Shown here one piece after another: positions 18,273 through 26,752 of a DNA stretch of 26,752 bases. Location of the stretch: positions 1-26,752 of the forward strand of contig CAKZTQ010000058.1 in the NCBI GenBank assembly GCA_937921735.1, given 5' to 3'. The stretch comes from an uncultured archaeon (GTDB lineage Archaea > Hadarchaeota > Hadarchaeia > Hadarchaeales > Hadarchaeaceae). A program made the translations under genes and the position numbers. How positions within the stretch are numbered: position 1 is the first letter of the stretch; each line of letters begins with the position of its first letter. Below the pieces are notes generated by a model, which saw only the letters and a program-made list of their open reading frames with translations, was not told where the DNA came from and searched no databases.

Positions 18273-18289
18273 CTCCCTTGGAGGACCCC

Positions 18290-19306
18290 ATGCGGGTGCT
18301 GCGCTACGTACTACGACGGTTGGCACTTCTTGTCCCGGTCTTATTGGGCACGCTCTTTATCGCCTTCTTCCTCACACGAGTTCTTCCGGGAAACCCCATT
18401 GACCGGGTTGCCGGGCCTTACATCTCACAGGAAAAGCGCGAGGCCATGAAGCGCGAGGCTCGCCTCGACCTCCCCTTTTACCAGCAGTTTTACCTCTACC
18501 TGGCCGACCTCGTCACTAAGGGCGACATGGGGACCTCCTATACCACCGCCCAGCCCGTGACCCGGGACCTACTCCAGCGATTTCCCGCGACGCTCGAGCT
18601 TGTCCTCTACGGCATGGGCCTTGCCGTGGTCCTCGCGATCCCGCTCGGGGTACTGAGTGCGCTCCACAAAGATTCGCCCGTCGACCACGCGGGCCGGGTC
18701 ATTGCTGTGGTGGGGGTGTCCGTTCCAGTGTTCTGGTTGGGACTGGTGCTCCTGTACGTGTTTTTCCTCAAACTCCAGTGGGCCCCGCCGCCCATCGGCC
18801 GCCTTCCCCCCACCATGAGCCCTCCGCCCCATGTCACCGGGTTGTACACGCTGGATGCCCTGCTGGCTGGACAGTGGGACGTGTTTAAGGCAGCGCTTTC
18901 GGCGCTAGCACTTCCGGCGGTTTCGCTCGCGGTTACCGCGATGGCCCCGCTGGCCCGCATGACCCGTTCGGCCATGGTGGAGGCCCTGGAGTCCGAGTAC
19001 GTGCGGGCCGCTCGTGCTCTGGGCCTGCCCCAGCATGTCATCATCTGGGACTACGCGTTCCGTAACGCGGTAATTCCGATCCTCACCATTTTTGCCGGGG
19101 TGTTCGGCTATGCGCTGGGCGGGGTGGTTCTGGTCGAGTTTATCTTCAGCTGGCCGGGCCTAGGGCTCTACACGCTGAACGCGATCCTCTCCAGCGACTT
19201 TCCCGCGATCCAAGGGGCAATACTCCTCGTAACCACGGTGTATGTCTTCATCTACCTGCTGCTGGACCTAGCTGTGGCCGCGATCGACCCCCGGGTGGAG
19301 GTGTGA
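18290..19306 (+). CDS. Dpp/Opp ABC permease (DppB-like)
   Basis: PGNP, GDMGTS, FPATLEL, EAA loop EYVRAARALGL and FSWPGLG motifs. Confidence 0.93.
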   Translation: MRVLRYVLRRLALLVPVLLGTLFIAFFLTRVLPGNPIDRVAGPYISQEKREAMKREARLDLPFYQQFYLYLADLVTKGDMGTSYTTAQPVTRDLLQRFPATLELVLYGMGLAVVLAIPLGVLSALHKDSPVDHAGRVIAVVGVSVPVFWLGLVLLYVFFLKLQWAPPPIGRLPPTMSPPPHVTGLYTLDALLAGQWDVFKAALSALALPAVSLAVTAMAPLARMTRSAMVEALESEYVRAARALGLPQHVIIWDYAFRNAVIPILTIFAGVFGYALGGVVLVEFIFSWPGLGLYTLNAILSSDFPAIQGAILLVTTVYVFIYLLLDLAVAAIDPRVEV

Positions 19307-19307
19307 G

Positions 19308-20162
19308 GTGCTCAAGCGCGTAGCCCAAAGCGAGGTCTTATACCGGATCAAGCAAAATCCTACCACCCTGCTCGGCCTTGGCATTGTCATCTTCATGTTT
19401 GGGCTTGCGGTCTTTGCCCCCTGGGTCGCGCCCTACGACCCGCTTGAAAAGCATTTTGATCATGTTTCTGAGCCTCCCTCGCGTCAGTTCTGGATGGGTA
19501 CCGACCAGTTCGGCCAGGACATCTTTAGCCGGGTGGTTTGGGCGGCGCGCCTGGATCTTTTCATCGCAGCCACGGCAGTGGCCATATCACTTGTGGTAGG
19601 CTCGCTCTTAGGCGCGCTTTCTGGCTATTTGGGCGGTTGGTTCGATGAGATGTTCATGCGCCTGATGGACATTCTCCAAGCGTTTCCTTCGCTTATCTTG
19701 GCCATGGGCATTGCCTTTGCCCTCGGACCCGGGGTCTTCACCGTGATCGTCGCTACCTCGGCGGTGAACATCCCCGGGTACGCCCGGCTCATGCGTTCCA
19801 CGCTCCTCTCCGAAAAACAGCGGACCTATGTGCTCGCCGCCCGGGCAGTAGGCAATCCCCCATGGCGTATTCTCTTTCGCCACCTAATCCCTAACGCGCT
19901 CACGCCGGTGCTGGTTAACGCGACGCTCCACTTTGGTTGGGCTATCCTGGAGGCTGCTGGGCTGAGCTTTCTTGGTCTTGGCGTCGCCGTCCCCAACGCC
20001 GAGTGGGGCGTGATGATCAACATGGGGCTCCAGGACTTTTGGCAGGGTCACTGGTGGGCGTACACCTTCCCCGGCGTTTTCATCGCGCTGACGGTGCTCG
20101 GTTTCAACCTCGTGGGCGACGGACTTAGCGATCTGCTCGATCCCCGGAGGGCACGCCAATGA
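19308..20162 (+). CDS. Dpp/Opp ABC permease (DppC-like)
   Basis: MGTDQFGQDIFSRV, YVLAARAVG, LSFLGLG and FNLVGDGL motifs. Confidence 0.93.
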   Translation: MLKRVAQSEVLYRIKQNPTTLLGLGIVIFMFGLAVFAPWVAPYDPLEKHFDHVSEPPSRQFWMGTDQFGQDIFSRVVWAARLDLFIAATAVAISLVVGSLLGALSGYLGGWFDEMFMRLMDILQAFPSLILAMGIAFALGPGVFTVIVATSAVNIPGYARLMRSTLLSEKQRTYVLAARAVGNPPWRILFRHLIPNALTPVLVNATLHFGWAILEAAGLSFLGLGVAVPNAEWGVMINMGLQDFWQGHWWAYTFPGVFIALTVLGFNLVGDGLSDLLDPRRARQ

Positions 20163-21130
20163 GCCTGCTTGAGGTGCGTGGTCTCAAAACCTACTTCTAC
20201 ACGCGACGGGGCGTTGTGAAGGTGCTCGATGGGCTCAACTTCGCCCTCGAGCCCGGGCAGATCGTGGGGTTGGTAGGGGAGACCGGGAGCGGCAAGTCGG
20301 TGACGGGCTTTTCCATTCTGCGCCTGGTGCGCAGGCCCGGCCGCATCGTTGGCGGTGAGGTGGTTTTTGAGGGCCGGGACCTCCTCAAGTTGCCCGAGCC
20401 CCAGATGGCCGCGCTCCGGGGGCGGGACATCGCGATGATCTTCCAGAACCCCCGTACGGCCCTTAACCCCCTCATCACCGTGGGGCGTTTCCTCGAGCAG
20501 GTGCTCCACTTCCGGGCGGGCCTGCCGAGAAACCGAACGCGGGATGAGGCAGTACGCCTGCTTTCCGCGGTACACATTCCGGACCCCGAGCGACGCCTTT
20601 CCAGCTACCCGCACCAACTCTCGGGTGGCATGGCCCAGCGGGTCATGATTGCCGCAGCCGTCGCGGCCCGCCCGAAGCTGCTCATTGCGGACGAGCCCAC
20701 CACCGGCCTCGACGTCACTGTGCAGGCGCAGATCATGCGCTTGTTGCGCGAGCTTCGCGATCAAACCGGCACGGCCCAAATCCTGATCACGCACGACCTG
20801 GGCCTTGCCTCGGAGGTCTGTGACGCCATTGCCGTCATGTACGCGGGGGAGATCGTGGAGTTTGCACCCACGCGCACGCTGTTTGCAACCCCCAAACACC
20901 CGTACACGCGGGGGCTGCTCGCTTCCCGGCCGAAGCTGGGGCAGACCGGGGAGATCCCTGGGATTCGCGGTGCCGTTCCAGATCTCATGAATCCGCCCCG
21001 GGGGTGTCGCTTTCACCCGCGTTGTCCCCATGCTTTCACCCGCTGTCGCGTGGAGCGGCCGAGGCCGGTCTACGTTTCTCCGGACCACTACGCCACTTGC
21101 TTCCTGCTCGAGGAGGAGGGGCATGCCTGA
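20159..21130 (+). CDS. Dpp/Opp ABC ATP-binding protein (DppD-like)
   Basis: GETGSGKS, LSGGMAQR, ADEPTTGLD and GCRFHPRC motifs. Confidence 0.93.
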   Translation: MSLLEVRGLKTYFYTRRGVVKVLDGLNFALEPGQIVGLVGETGSGKSVTGFSILRLVRRPGRIVGGEVVFEGRDLLKLPEPQMAALRGRDIAMIFQNPRTALNPLITVGRFLEQVLHFRAGLPRNRTRDEAVRLLSAVHIPDPERRLSSYPHQLSGGMAQRVMIAAAVAARPKLLIADEPTTGLDVTVQAQIMRLLRELRDQTGTAQILITHDLGLASEVCDAIAVMYAGEIVEFAPTRTLFATPKHPYTRGLLASRPKLGQTGEIPGIRGAVPDLMNPPRGCRFHPRCPHAFTRCRVERPRPVYVSPDHYATCFLLEEEGHA

Positions 21131-22136
21131 GCCGGTGCTGGTGGTGGAGCACCTTGTGAAGCATTACCCGGTACGCACGGGGTGGTTCCGGCGTCAGTAT
21201 GTGCACGCCGTGGACGGCGTCAGCCTTGAAGTCCATCCGGGAGAGACCCTGGCGCTTGTGGGGGAGTCTGGCAGCGGCAAGTCCACCCTGGGGCGCATGC
21301 TCCTTGTGCTCGAGCGCCCCACCGCGGGCCGCATTCTTTACAAGGGGCAAGATCTTTCGCGGCTTCGCGAGAGGGAGCTCCGTTCTTACCGTAAATCCCT
21401 TCAGATGGTCTTTCAGGACCCGATGGACGCGCTGAACCCGCGGATGACCGCCCTGGAGACGGTGATGGAGCCGCTCGTGCTCCACGGAATCGCTGAGGGC
21501 AAGGCGGCGCGCGACCGGGCGCTGGAGCTGCTCGAGCAGGTCGGGCTTACGCGGGAGCACGCAGGCCGCTATCCGCACCAGCTTTCGGGCGGGCAGCAAC
21601 AGCGGGTGGGCATTGCGCGGGCGCTCGCCACGGAACCGGAGTTCGTCGTTTTCGACGAACCGACAAGTGCCCTCGACGTCAGCGTGCAGGCCCAGCTTCT
21701 CAACCTGATCCGTAGGTTGCGCGCGGAATACCGCCTGTCCAGCGTGTTCATCTCCCACGACCTCGCGGTGGTGAGCCACCTTGCCGACCGCGTGGCCGTC
21801 ATGTACCTGGGGCAGGTCGTTGAGTTGGGCAGCCGGCAGCAGATCTTTGAGAACCCGCAACATCCCTACACCGTCTCGTTGATGTCCTCCATACCAGGGG
21901 ACCGCCCGCTGATGCCCTGGAAGCCGCTGGTGCTCGAGGGCGAGGTTCCCTCGCCGCTCAACCCCCCTTCAGGCTGCCGCTTCCACACCCGGTGTCCGTT
22001 TGCCGACGTCTCTTGTCATGTGCGCGCGCAGAAGCTGGAACCCATCGAACCGGGTCACTTCGTGGCCTGCCACCGTGTAATTGAACGCGGCGACTACGGC
22101 GTGTTAGAAGCTGCAAAGGAAAGGAGGAAGGCATGA
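21123..22136 (+). CDS. Dpp/Opp ABC ATP-binding protein (DppF-like)
   Basis: ATG 21123 after GGAGGAGG; [25 protein letters not shown] and GCRFHTRC motifs. Confidence 0.93.
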   Translation: MPEPVLVVEHLVKHYPVRTGWFRRQYVHAVDGVSLEVHPGETLALVGESGSGKSTLGRMLLVLERPTAGRILYKGQDLSRLRERELRSYRKSLQMVFQDPMDALNPRMTALETVMEPLVLHGIAEGKAARDRALELLEQVGLTREHAGRYPHQLSGGQQQRVGIARALATEPEFVVFDEPTSALDVSVQAQLLNLIRRLRAEYRLSSVFISHDLAVVSHLADRVAVMYLGQVVELGSRQQIFENPQHPYTVSLMSSIPGDRPLMPWKPLVLEGEVPSPLNPPSGCRFHTRCPFADVSCHVRAQKLEPIEPGHFVACHRVIERGDYGVLEAAKERRKA

Positions 22137-23674
22137 TACGAGTAGGCATTGACGTGGGCGGGACTAACACGGACGCAGTACTCATGGACGGTACGCAGGT
22201 GGTGCATTGGGTCAAGACCCCGACGACGGCCGACGTTACGGGGGGCGTGCTGAGGGCGCTCGAGCTTGTACTCACCGAGTCCGGCTTCGCTCCGGAGAAG
22301 GTCGGGGCAGTAATGATCGGCACCACCCACTTCACCAACGCCATCGTGGAGCGGCGTGACCTTGCGCCGACGGCTGTGATCCGGTTGGGGCTGCCCGCCA
22401 CACAGGCCCTTCCCCCGATGGTGGACTGGCCGGAGGATCTTCGTAGAGCTCTTGGCGAGCATGTTTACCTCGCTCATGGGGGTTTTGAATTCGATGGCCG
22501 TCCTATCTCGCCGCTGGACCCTCTAGAGCTGCGCAAGATCGCCGAGGACATCAAGGCCAAGGGTGTGCGCAACGTCGCGATTTCCGCCGTGTTCTCCCCG
22601 ATCAACCCGGAAGTTGAGGCCGAGGCGGCCCGCATCGTTCGGGAAGTCATCCCCGACGCCAAAATCACCCTTTCGAGTGAGATCGGCCGCATCGGGCTAC
22701 TCGAGCGCGAAAACGCGGCCATCTTGAACGCCTCTCTGCAGGATCTTGGTCATAAGATCGTTCGTGCTTTTTCCCAGGCGCTGCGTGACGCAGGGATCCC
22801 GGCTCCCTTCTACCTGACCCAGAACGACGGGACCCTGATGAGCGCGGAGTTCGCCGAGAAGTTTCCCGTCCTTACCATCGCTTCCGGGCCGACGAACTCG
22901 ATGCGTGGGGCTGCCTTTCTCTCGGGAATCAAGGAGGCCATCGTGGTGGATGTGGGCGGTACCACCACCGACGTTGGAGCCTTGCACCATGGATTCCCCC
23001 GTGAGGCGAGCATCGCGGTGGAAGTCGGGGGCGTGCGCACTAACTTCCGTATGCCCGACGTGCTTAGCCTAGGGCTTGGCGGGGGCTCTATCGTCGAACG
23101 CGAGCCACTTAAGATCGGCCCCGAGAGCGTGGGCTTCCGCCTTACGGAGGAGGCGCTGGTCTTTGGAGGGAGTACACTCACTGCGACGGACATCGCGGTG
23201 GCTGCCGGAATGGCCGAGGTGGGCGATGCCCGGCGGGTAAGGAATCTGGACCCTGCGTTCGTCGAGGCTGCGGTCGAAAGGATGCAGCGGATGATTGCCG
23301 ATGCGGTGGACCGCATGCTCCTTAGCCCGGAGCCCATCCCGGTCATCGTCGTGGGTGGTGGAAGCATCCTGGTACGGGATAGGGTAAGGAACCTTCCCAC
23401 GATCAAGCCCGACCACTATCCGGTGGCCAACGCCGTAGGTGCGGCAATTGCCCAGATCAGCGGGGAGGTGGACCGGGTGTATGCCTTGGCCGAGATCCCG
23501 CGGGAAAAGGCCCTCGAGGAGGCCCGGAGCGAGGCCAAGCAGCGGGCGGTGGAGGCCGGGGCCGATCCCAGCACGGTGGAGATCGTCGAGGTGGAGGACG
23601 TGCCCTTGGCCTATCTTCCGGGCAACGCCACCCGCATCCGGGTGAAGGCAGTAGGAGATCTTCGCCTTGCGTAG
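22133..23674 (+). CDS. Short hydantoinase/oxoprolinase-A-like ATPase (DUF917-associated type)
   Basis: DVGGTNTD, GTTHFTNA, LERENA, SGPTNS, DVGGTTTD and LGGGS motifs; 513 aa, lacking the C-terminal region of full-length HyuA. Confidence 0.88.
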   Translation: MIRVGIDVGGTNTDAVLMDGTQVVHWVKTPTTADVTGGVLRALELVLTESGFAPEKVGAVMIGTTHFTNAIVERRDLAPTAVIRLGLPATQALPPMVDWPEDLRRALGEHVYLAHGGFEFDGRPISPLDPLELRKIAEDIKAKGVRNVAISAVFSPINPEVEAEAARIVREVIPDAKITLSSEIGRIGLLERENAAILNASLQDLGHKIVRAFSQALRDAGIPAPFYLTQNDGTLMSAEFAEKFPVLTIASGPTNSMRGAAFLSGIKEAIVVDVGGTTTDVGALHHGFPREASIAVEVGGVRTNFRMPDVLSLGLGGGSIVEREPLKIGPESVGFRLTEEALVFGGSTLTATDIAVAAGMAEVGDARRVRNLDPAFVEAAVERMQRMIADAVDRMLLSPEPIPVIVVGGGSILVRDRVRNLPTIKPDHYPVANAVGAAIAQISGEVDRVYALAEIPREKALEEARSEAKQRAVEAGADPSTVEIVEVEDVPLAYLPGNATRIRVKAVGDLRLA

Positions 23675-24755
23675 GACCTGGAAGCTCAACGAAGCGGATC
23701 TCGAAGCCTTGGCCATCGGCGCGGCCATCCTGGGCACCGGCGGAGGCGGCAACCCCTACCTGGGGAAGCTCAGAGCCCGTGCGTTGCTGCGCCAGGGGTA
23801 TGAGATCCGTGTTCTGCCCTTCGACGCGCTGGAAGATGAAGACGTGATCGTCAGCGTCGGCGGGATCGGGGCGCCAGTGGTCGGGATCGAGAAGATCGAA
23901 AAGGGCGACGAGTGTTACCGGGCCATGCGGGCGCTCGAGGCCTACACCGGGTATCGGGTTACCGCGCTCATCCCGGCGGAGATCGGCGGGTCCAACTCGA
24001 TCGAACCACTCATCGCTGCAGCCTCCGCGGACCTTCCGGTGGTGGATGCCGACGGCATGGGGCGGGCTTTCCCTGAAGTGCAGATGTGCACCTACTTCAT
24101 CTACGGCGCAAGGCCCTACCCGGCGGCGTTGGCCGACGAAAAGGGCAACACGGTCATCCTGGGCAAGGTCCAGGACATGTACTGGCTGGAAAAGCTCGCC
24201 CGCACCGTGGCCGTCGACATGGGGGCAGCGGCGGGATTTGCCCTACCTCCGATGCGGGGCGAGGAGATTCGCCGTACCGCTGTGCCGTATACGCTCACCC
24301 AGGCGCTGAACCTAGGCCGGGCGGTGCTTGAAGCGCGCGCCCGCCGCGAGAACCCCATCGAGTCCGTGCTGAAGGTGACAAACGGGGTGTTGCTCTTTGT
24401 GGGCAAGGTGGTGGATGTTCAGCGTCGGATCGAGAGAGGCTTTGCCCGAGGCTGGGTGCGCATCGAGGGATTCGAAGCGTTTAGGGGATCGAGCCTCGTC
24501 ATCGACATTCAGAACGAAAACCTCGTTGCCCGACGTGATGGGAAGGTTGTTGCCACCGTTCCCGATCTGATCACTGTCTTAGACCTAGAAACGGCAGAGC
24601 CTATTACCACGGAAACCGTACGCTACGGTTTTCGTGTCGCCGTAGTGGGGCTTCCAGCCCATCCTCGGCTCAAGACGCCTCAGGCCCTCGAGGTGGTTGG
24701 ACCCAGGGCGTTTGGCTACGACCTGGACTATAGGCCGCTTAAAGGGGAGGTGTGA
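23667..24755 (+). CDS. DUF917 family protein (thiohydantoin desulfurase-like), copy 1
   Basis: LGTGGGGNPY, EIGGSNS, DADGMGRAFPE, QNENL and VPDLI motifs; TTG start overlaps the upstream stop. Confidence 0.88.
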   Translation: MRRTWKLNEADLEALAIGAAILGTGGGGNPYLGKLRARALLRQGYEIRVLPFDALEDEDVIVSVGGIGAPVVGIEKIEKGDECYRAMRALEAYTGYRVTALIPAEIGGSNSIEPLIAAASADLPVVDADGMGRAFPEVQMCTYFIYGARPYPAALADEKGNTVILGKVQDMYWLEKLARTVAVDMGAAAGFALPPMRGEEIRRTAVPYTLTQALNLGRAVLEARARRENPIESVLKVTNGVLLFVGKVVDVQRRIERGFARGWVRIEGFEAFRGSSLVIDIQNENLVARRDGKVVATVPDLITVLDLETAEPITTETVRYGFRVAVVGLPAHPRLKTPQALEVVGPRAFGYDLDYRPLKGEV

Positions 24756-24756
24756 G

Positions 24757-25845
24757 ATGCGTTGGATCTACCCGGAAAACTTGGAGGACATTGCTCTTGG
24801 TGCTGCGGTACTCGGCACCGGTGGAGGGGGCGATCCCTACATCGGCAAGCTCATGGCCCAGCATGTGATGCGTGTACACGGTCCGGTGCAGCTTGTTGAC
24901 GTGGACGAGCTGGACGATGAGGATCTGGTCGTTCCCGCGGCGATGATGGGAGCGCCGACGGTTATGATCGAGAAGCTCCCTCGGGGCGACGAGATTGTGG
25001 AGGCCTTCAAGGCCCTCGAGGCCTATCTGGGCAGGCCGGTAAAGGCGGTAATGTCCATCGAGGCCGGGGGCTTGAACTCCACGACCCCCTTTATCGTGGC
25101 CTCCCAGCTTGGACTCCCGCTCATTGACGGGGATGCCATGGGGCGGGCTTTCCCCGAGATCCAGATGGTTACCCTCACGCTCCACGGGATCTCGGCCACC
25201 CCCATGACCTTGGCTGATGACAAGGGCAACAGCGCTCTGCTCAACACCATCGACAATCGTTGGACCGAACGGTTTGCCCGCTCGATTACCATCGACATGG
25301 GTGGGGCCTCGATGATTGCGTTGTACCCCATGACTGGGGCCCAGGCCAAGAGGGCCGTGGTGCGCGGTACGATCAGCCTGATCGAACGTATCGGCCAGAG
25401 CATACGCCGGGCTCACAGGGAAAAGCGAGACCCCATCGAGGCCGTGCTTGAAGTCACCGGCGGCTTCCGTGTGTTCCGTGGGAAAATCATTGATGTGGCC
25501 CGTCGCACCGAGGGAGGATTTGCCCGAGGTGAGGCTACGCTTGTGGGCATCGATGAAGACCAGGGACATACGCTTAAGATCCACTTCCAGAACGAACACC
25601 TCGTGGCGATCCGCGACGGGGAGGTGATCGTTTCGGTCCCCGACTTGATTACCCTGCTCGACACCGAAACCGGTGAGCCGATTACCACCGAGGCTATGCG
25701 CTACGGGTTGCGCGCGGTGGTCGTCGGCATTCCTTGTGCGGACCCGTGGCGCACCCCCGAGGGGCTTGAGCTCGTAGGGCCTAAGTACTTCGGCTACGAC
25801 ATCGAGTACGTACCCGTGGAGGAAAGGTTTGGTGAGCGGGCATGA
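24757..25845 (+). CDS. DUF917 family protein (thiohydantoin desulfurase-like), copy 2
   Basis: LGTGGGGDPY, EAGGLNS, DGDAMGRAFPE, QNEHL and VPDLI motifs; ATG 24757 after GGGGAGG. Confidence 0.88.
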   Translation: MRWIYPENLEDIALGAAVLGTGGGGDPYIGKLMAQHVMRVHGPVQLVDVDELDDEDLVVPAAMMGAPTVMIEKLPRGDEIVEAFKALEAYLGRPVKAVMSIEAGGLNSTTPFIVASQLGLPLIDGDAMGRAFPEIQMVTLTLHGISATPMTLADDKGNSALLNTIDNRWTERFARSITIDMGGASMIALYPMTGAQAKRAVVRGTISLIERIGQSIRRAHREKRDPIEAVLEVTGGFRVFRGKIIDVARRTEGGFARGEATLVGIDEDQGHTLKIHFQNEHLVAIRDGEVIVSVPDLITLLDTETGEPITTEAMRYGLRAVVVGIPCADPWRTPEGLELVGPKYFGYDIEYVPVEERFGERA

Positions 25846-26585
25846 AGATTCTGGTGGTAACCCCGATTGTGACCGAAGGCCTCCATATGGTGGAGGACTT
25901 CCAGCACATGGTCAGCCCCGGCACCGAGGTGATCCACACCACCCTGGACCGGGGGCCGGCTTCGATTGAGTCCGAGTTCGACGAAATGCTCGCCGTGCCT
26001 GGGACTGTGGCCAAGATCATGGAGGGCGCGCAAAAGGGCGTGGACGCGGCCTTCATCGACTGCATGGGGGACCCCGGCCTCAAGGCGGCGCGGGAAGTGG
26101 TCGACATCCCGGTGGTGGGCCCCTGCGAGTCCAGCATGCATCTTGCCGCCATGTTGGGGCAAAAGTTCTCGGTGGTGACCGTGCTGGACTCGGTGGTCCC
26201 CATGTTCTGGAACAACGCCAAGGTGTACGGAGTAGCCGAGAAGATGGCCTCGGTGCGTTCGGTGGACATCCCCGTTCTTGATCTGCACCGGGATCCCGAC
26301 GCCATGGTCAAGGCGCTCGTGCGGGATTCGGTTGCGGCGGTCCGAGAAGACGGGGCGGACGTGATCATCTTCGGGTGCACGGGCATGAGCGGCGTGGTCC
26401 AGAAGGTTCAGGAGGGGATGGAGGCGGCGGGGGTTGCAGGTATCCCTGTCATCGATCCAGTAGAGACGGGGTTGCGGCTTGCGGAACTGTGGGTGCAGTG
26501 CAGGCTTTCACACAGCAAGAAGACCTATCCGTATCCGCGCAGAAAGGAGATACGGGGATACGATTTCGTGCCCTGGGGCATGTGA
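25842..26585 (+). CDS. Asp/Glu/hydantoin racemase family protein, second copy
   Basis: GPASIES, DCMGDPG and FGCTGM (two-Cys racemase motifs), plus PVIDP. Confidence 0.9.
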   Translation: MKILVVTPIVTEGLHMVEDFQHMVSPGTEVIHTTLDRGPASIESEFDEMLAVPGTVAKIMEGAQKGVDAAFIDCMGDPGLKAAREVVDIPVVGPCESSMHLAAMLGQKFSVVTVLDSVVPMFWNNAKVYGVAEKMASVRSVDIPVLDLHRDPDAMVKALVRDSVAAVREDGADVIIFGCTGMSGVVQKVQEGMEAAGVAGIPVIDPVETGLRLAELWVQCRLSHSKKTYPYPRRKEIRGYDFVPWGM

Positions 26586-26612
26586 AGGAAAGAGGGCTGG
26601 GTACACGTCGAA

Positions 26613-26752
26613 CCGACATTCCGCACCCCTCTCCCTTGGCCTTAGGATTTTGGGATGGAAACCACACCCAACCTACAGGTGTACGACCTGGGCCACCTGG
26701 GCCTGGTGGCCAGCATCGTGGATCAGATAGGACTGGTACAGACCGTAGACCA
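26613..26752 (+). mobile_element. IS1634-family element, left end (continues beyond the window)
   Basis: Terminal repeat CCGACATTCCGCACCCC (26613-26629), followed by the transposase start at 26655. Confidence 0.8.
26655..26752 (+). CDS. IS1634-family transposase N-terminus (DUF4277-like; partial)
   Basis: METTPNLQVYDLGHLGLVASIVDQIGLVQTVD... resembles the L(D/G)HLG+VAx+xDx+G+ start of IS1634 transposases. Not in the supplied ORF track. Confidence 0.8.
   Translation, partial: METTPNLQVYDLGHLGLVASIVDQIGLVQTVD

Noticed and set aside
20048-21863. Long minus-strand ORFs (358 aa and 275 aa)
   Set aside because: Shadow frames of GC-rich ABC ATPase genes, with no motifs of their own.
22810-26386. 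Minus-strand ORFs of 198, 227, 286 and 201 aa
   Set aside because: Antisense shadows of the hydantoinase-like, DUF917 and racemase genes.
26479-26730. 83-aa plus-strand ORF
   Set aside because: Spans the racemase end and the IS boundary; the credible frame is the transposase starting at 26655.
1-26752. CRISPR arrays, tRNA or rRNA genes
   Set aside because: No regularly spaced repeats or cloverleaf/rRNA-like sequence were seen, and the intergenic gaps after 1580 are short and largely accounted for.

Overview
GC-rich, Thermus/Deinococcota-like accessory region; the host is inferred from codon style, non-lipoprotein binding-protein signal peptides and the IS types. It opens with the 3' end of a probable DUF499-type ATPase gene, followed by an internally deleted IS110-family element (936-1464, minus strand). 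That element still has both ends, a duplicated CA core, a split junction promoter and most of an IS621-like bridge-RNA region. The rest is two plus-strand catabolic modules for cyclic amides. Module 1 (1581-15242) encodes an XRE-cupin regulator, a cupin, a hydantoin-racemase-family protein, a five-gene Dpp/Opp ABC importer, an M24 peptidase, one HyuA and two HyuB hydantoinase/oxoprolinase subunits. Module 2 (15370-26585) encodes a PucR/CdaR regulator with tandem operator-like palindromes, a second Dpp/Opp importer, a short hydantoinase-A-like ATPase, two DUF917 proteins and a second racemase. Module 2 lies between an IS1634 right-end remnant and an IS1634 left end in the same orientation, like a composite transposon. 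Family assignments come from motif recognition only, and all substrates are inferred.
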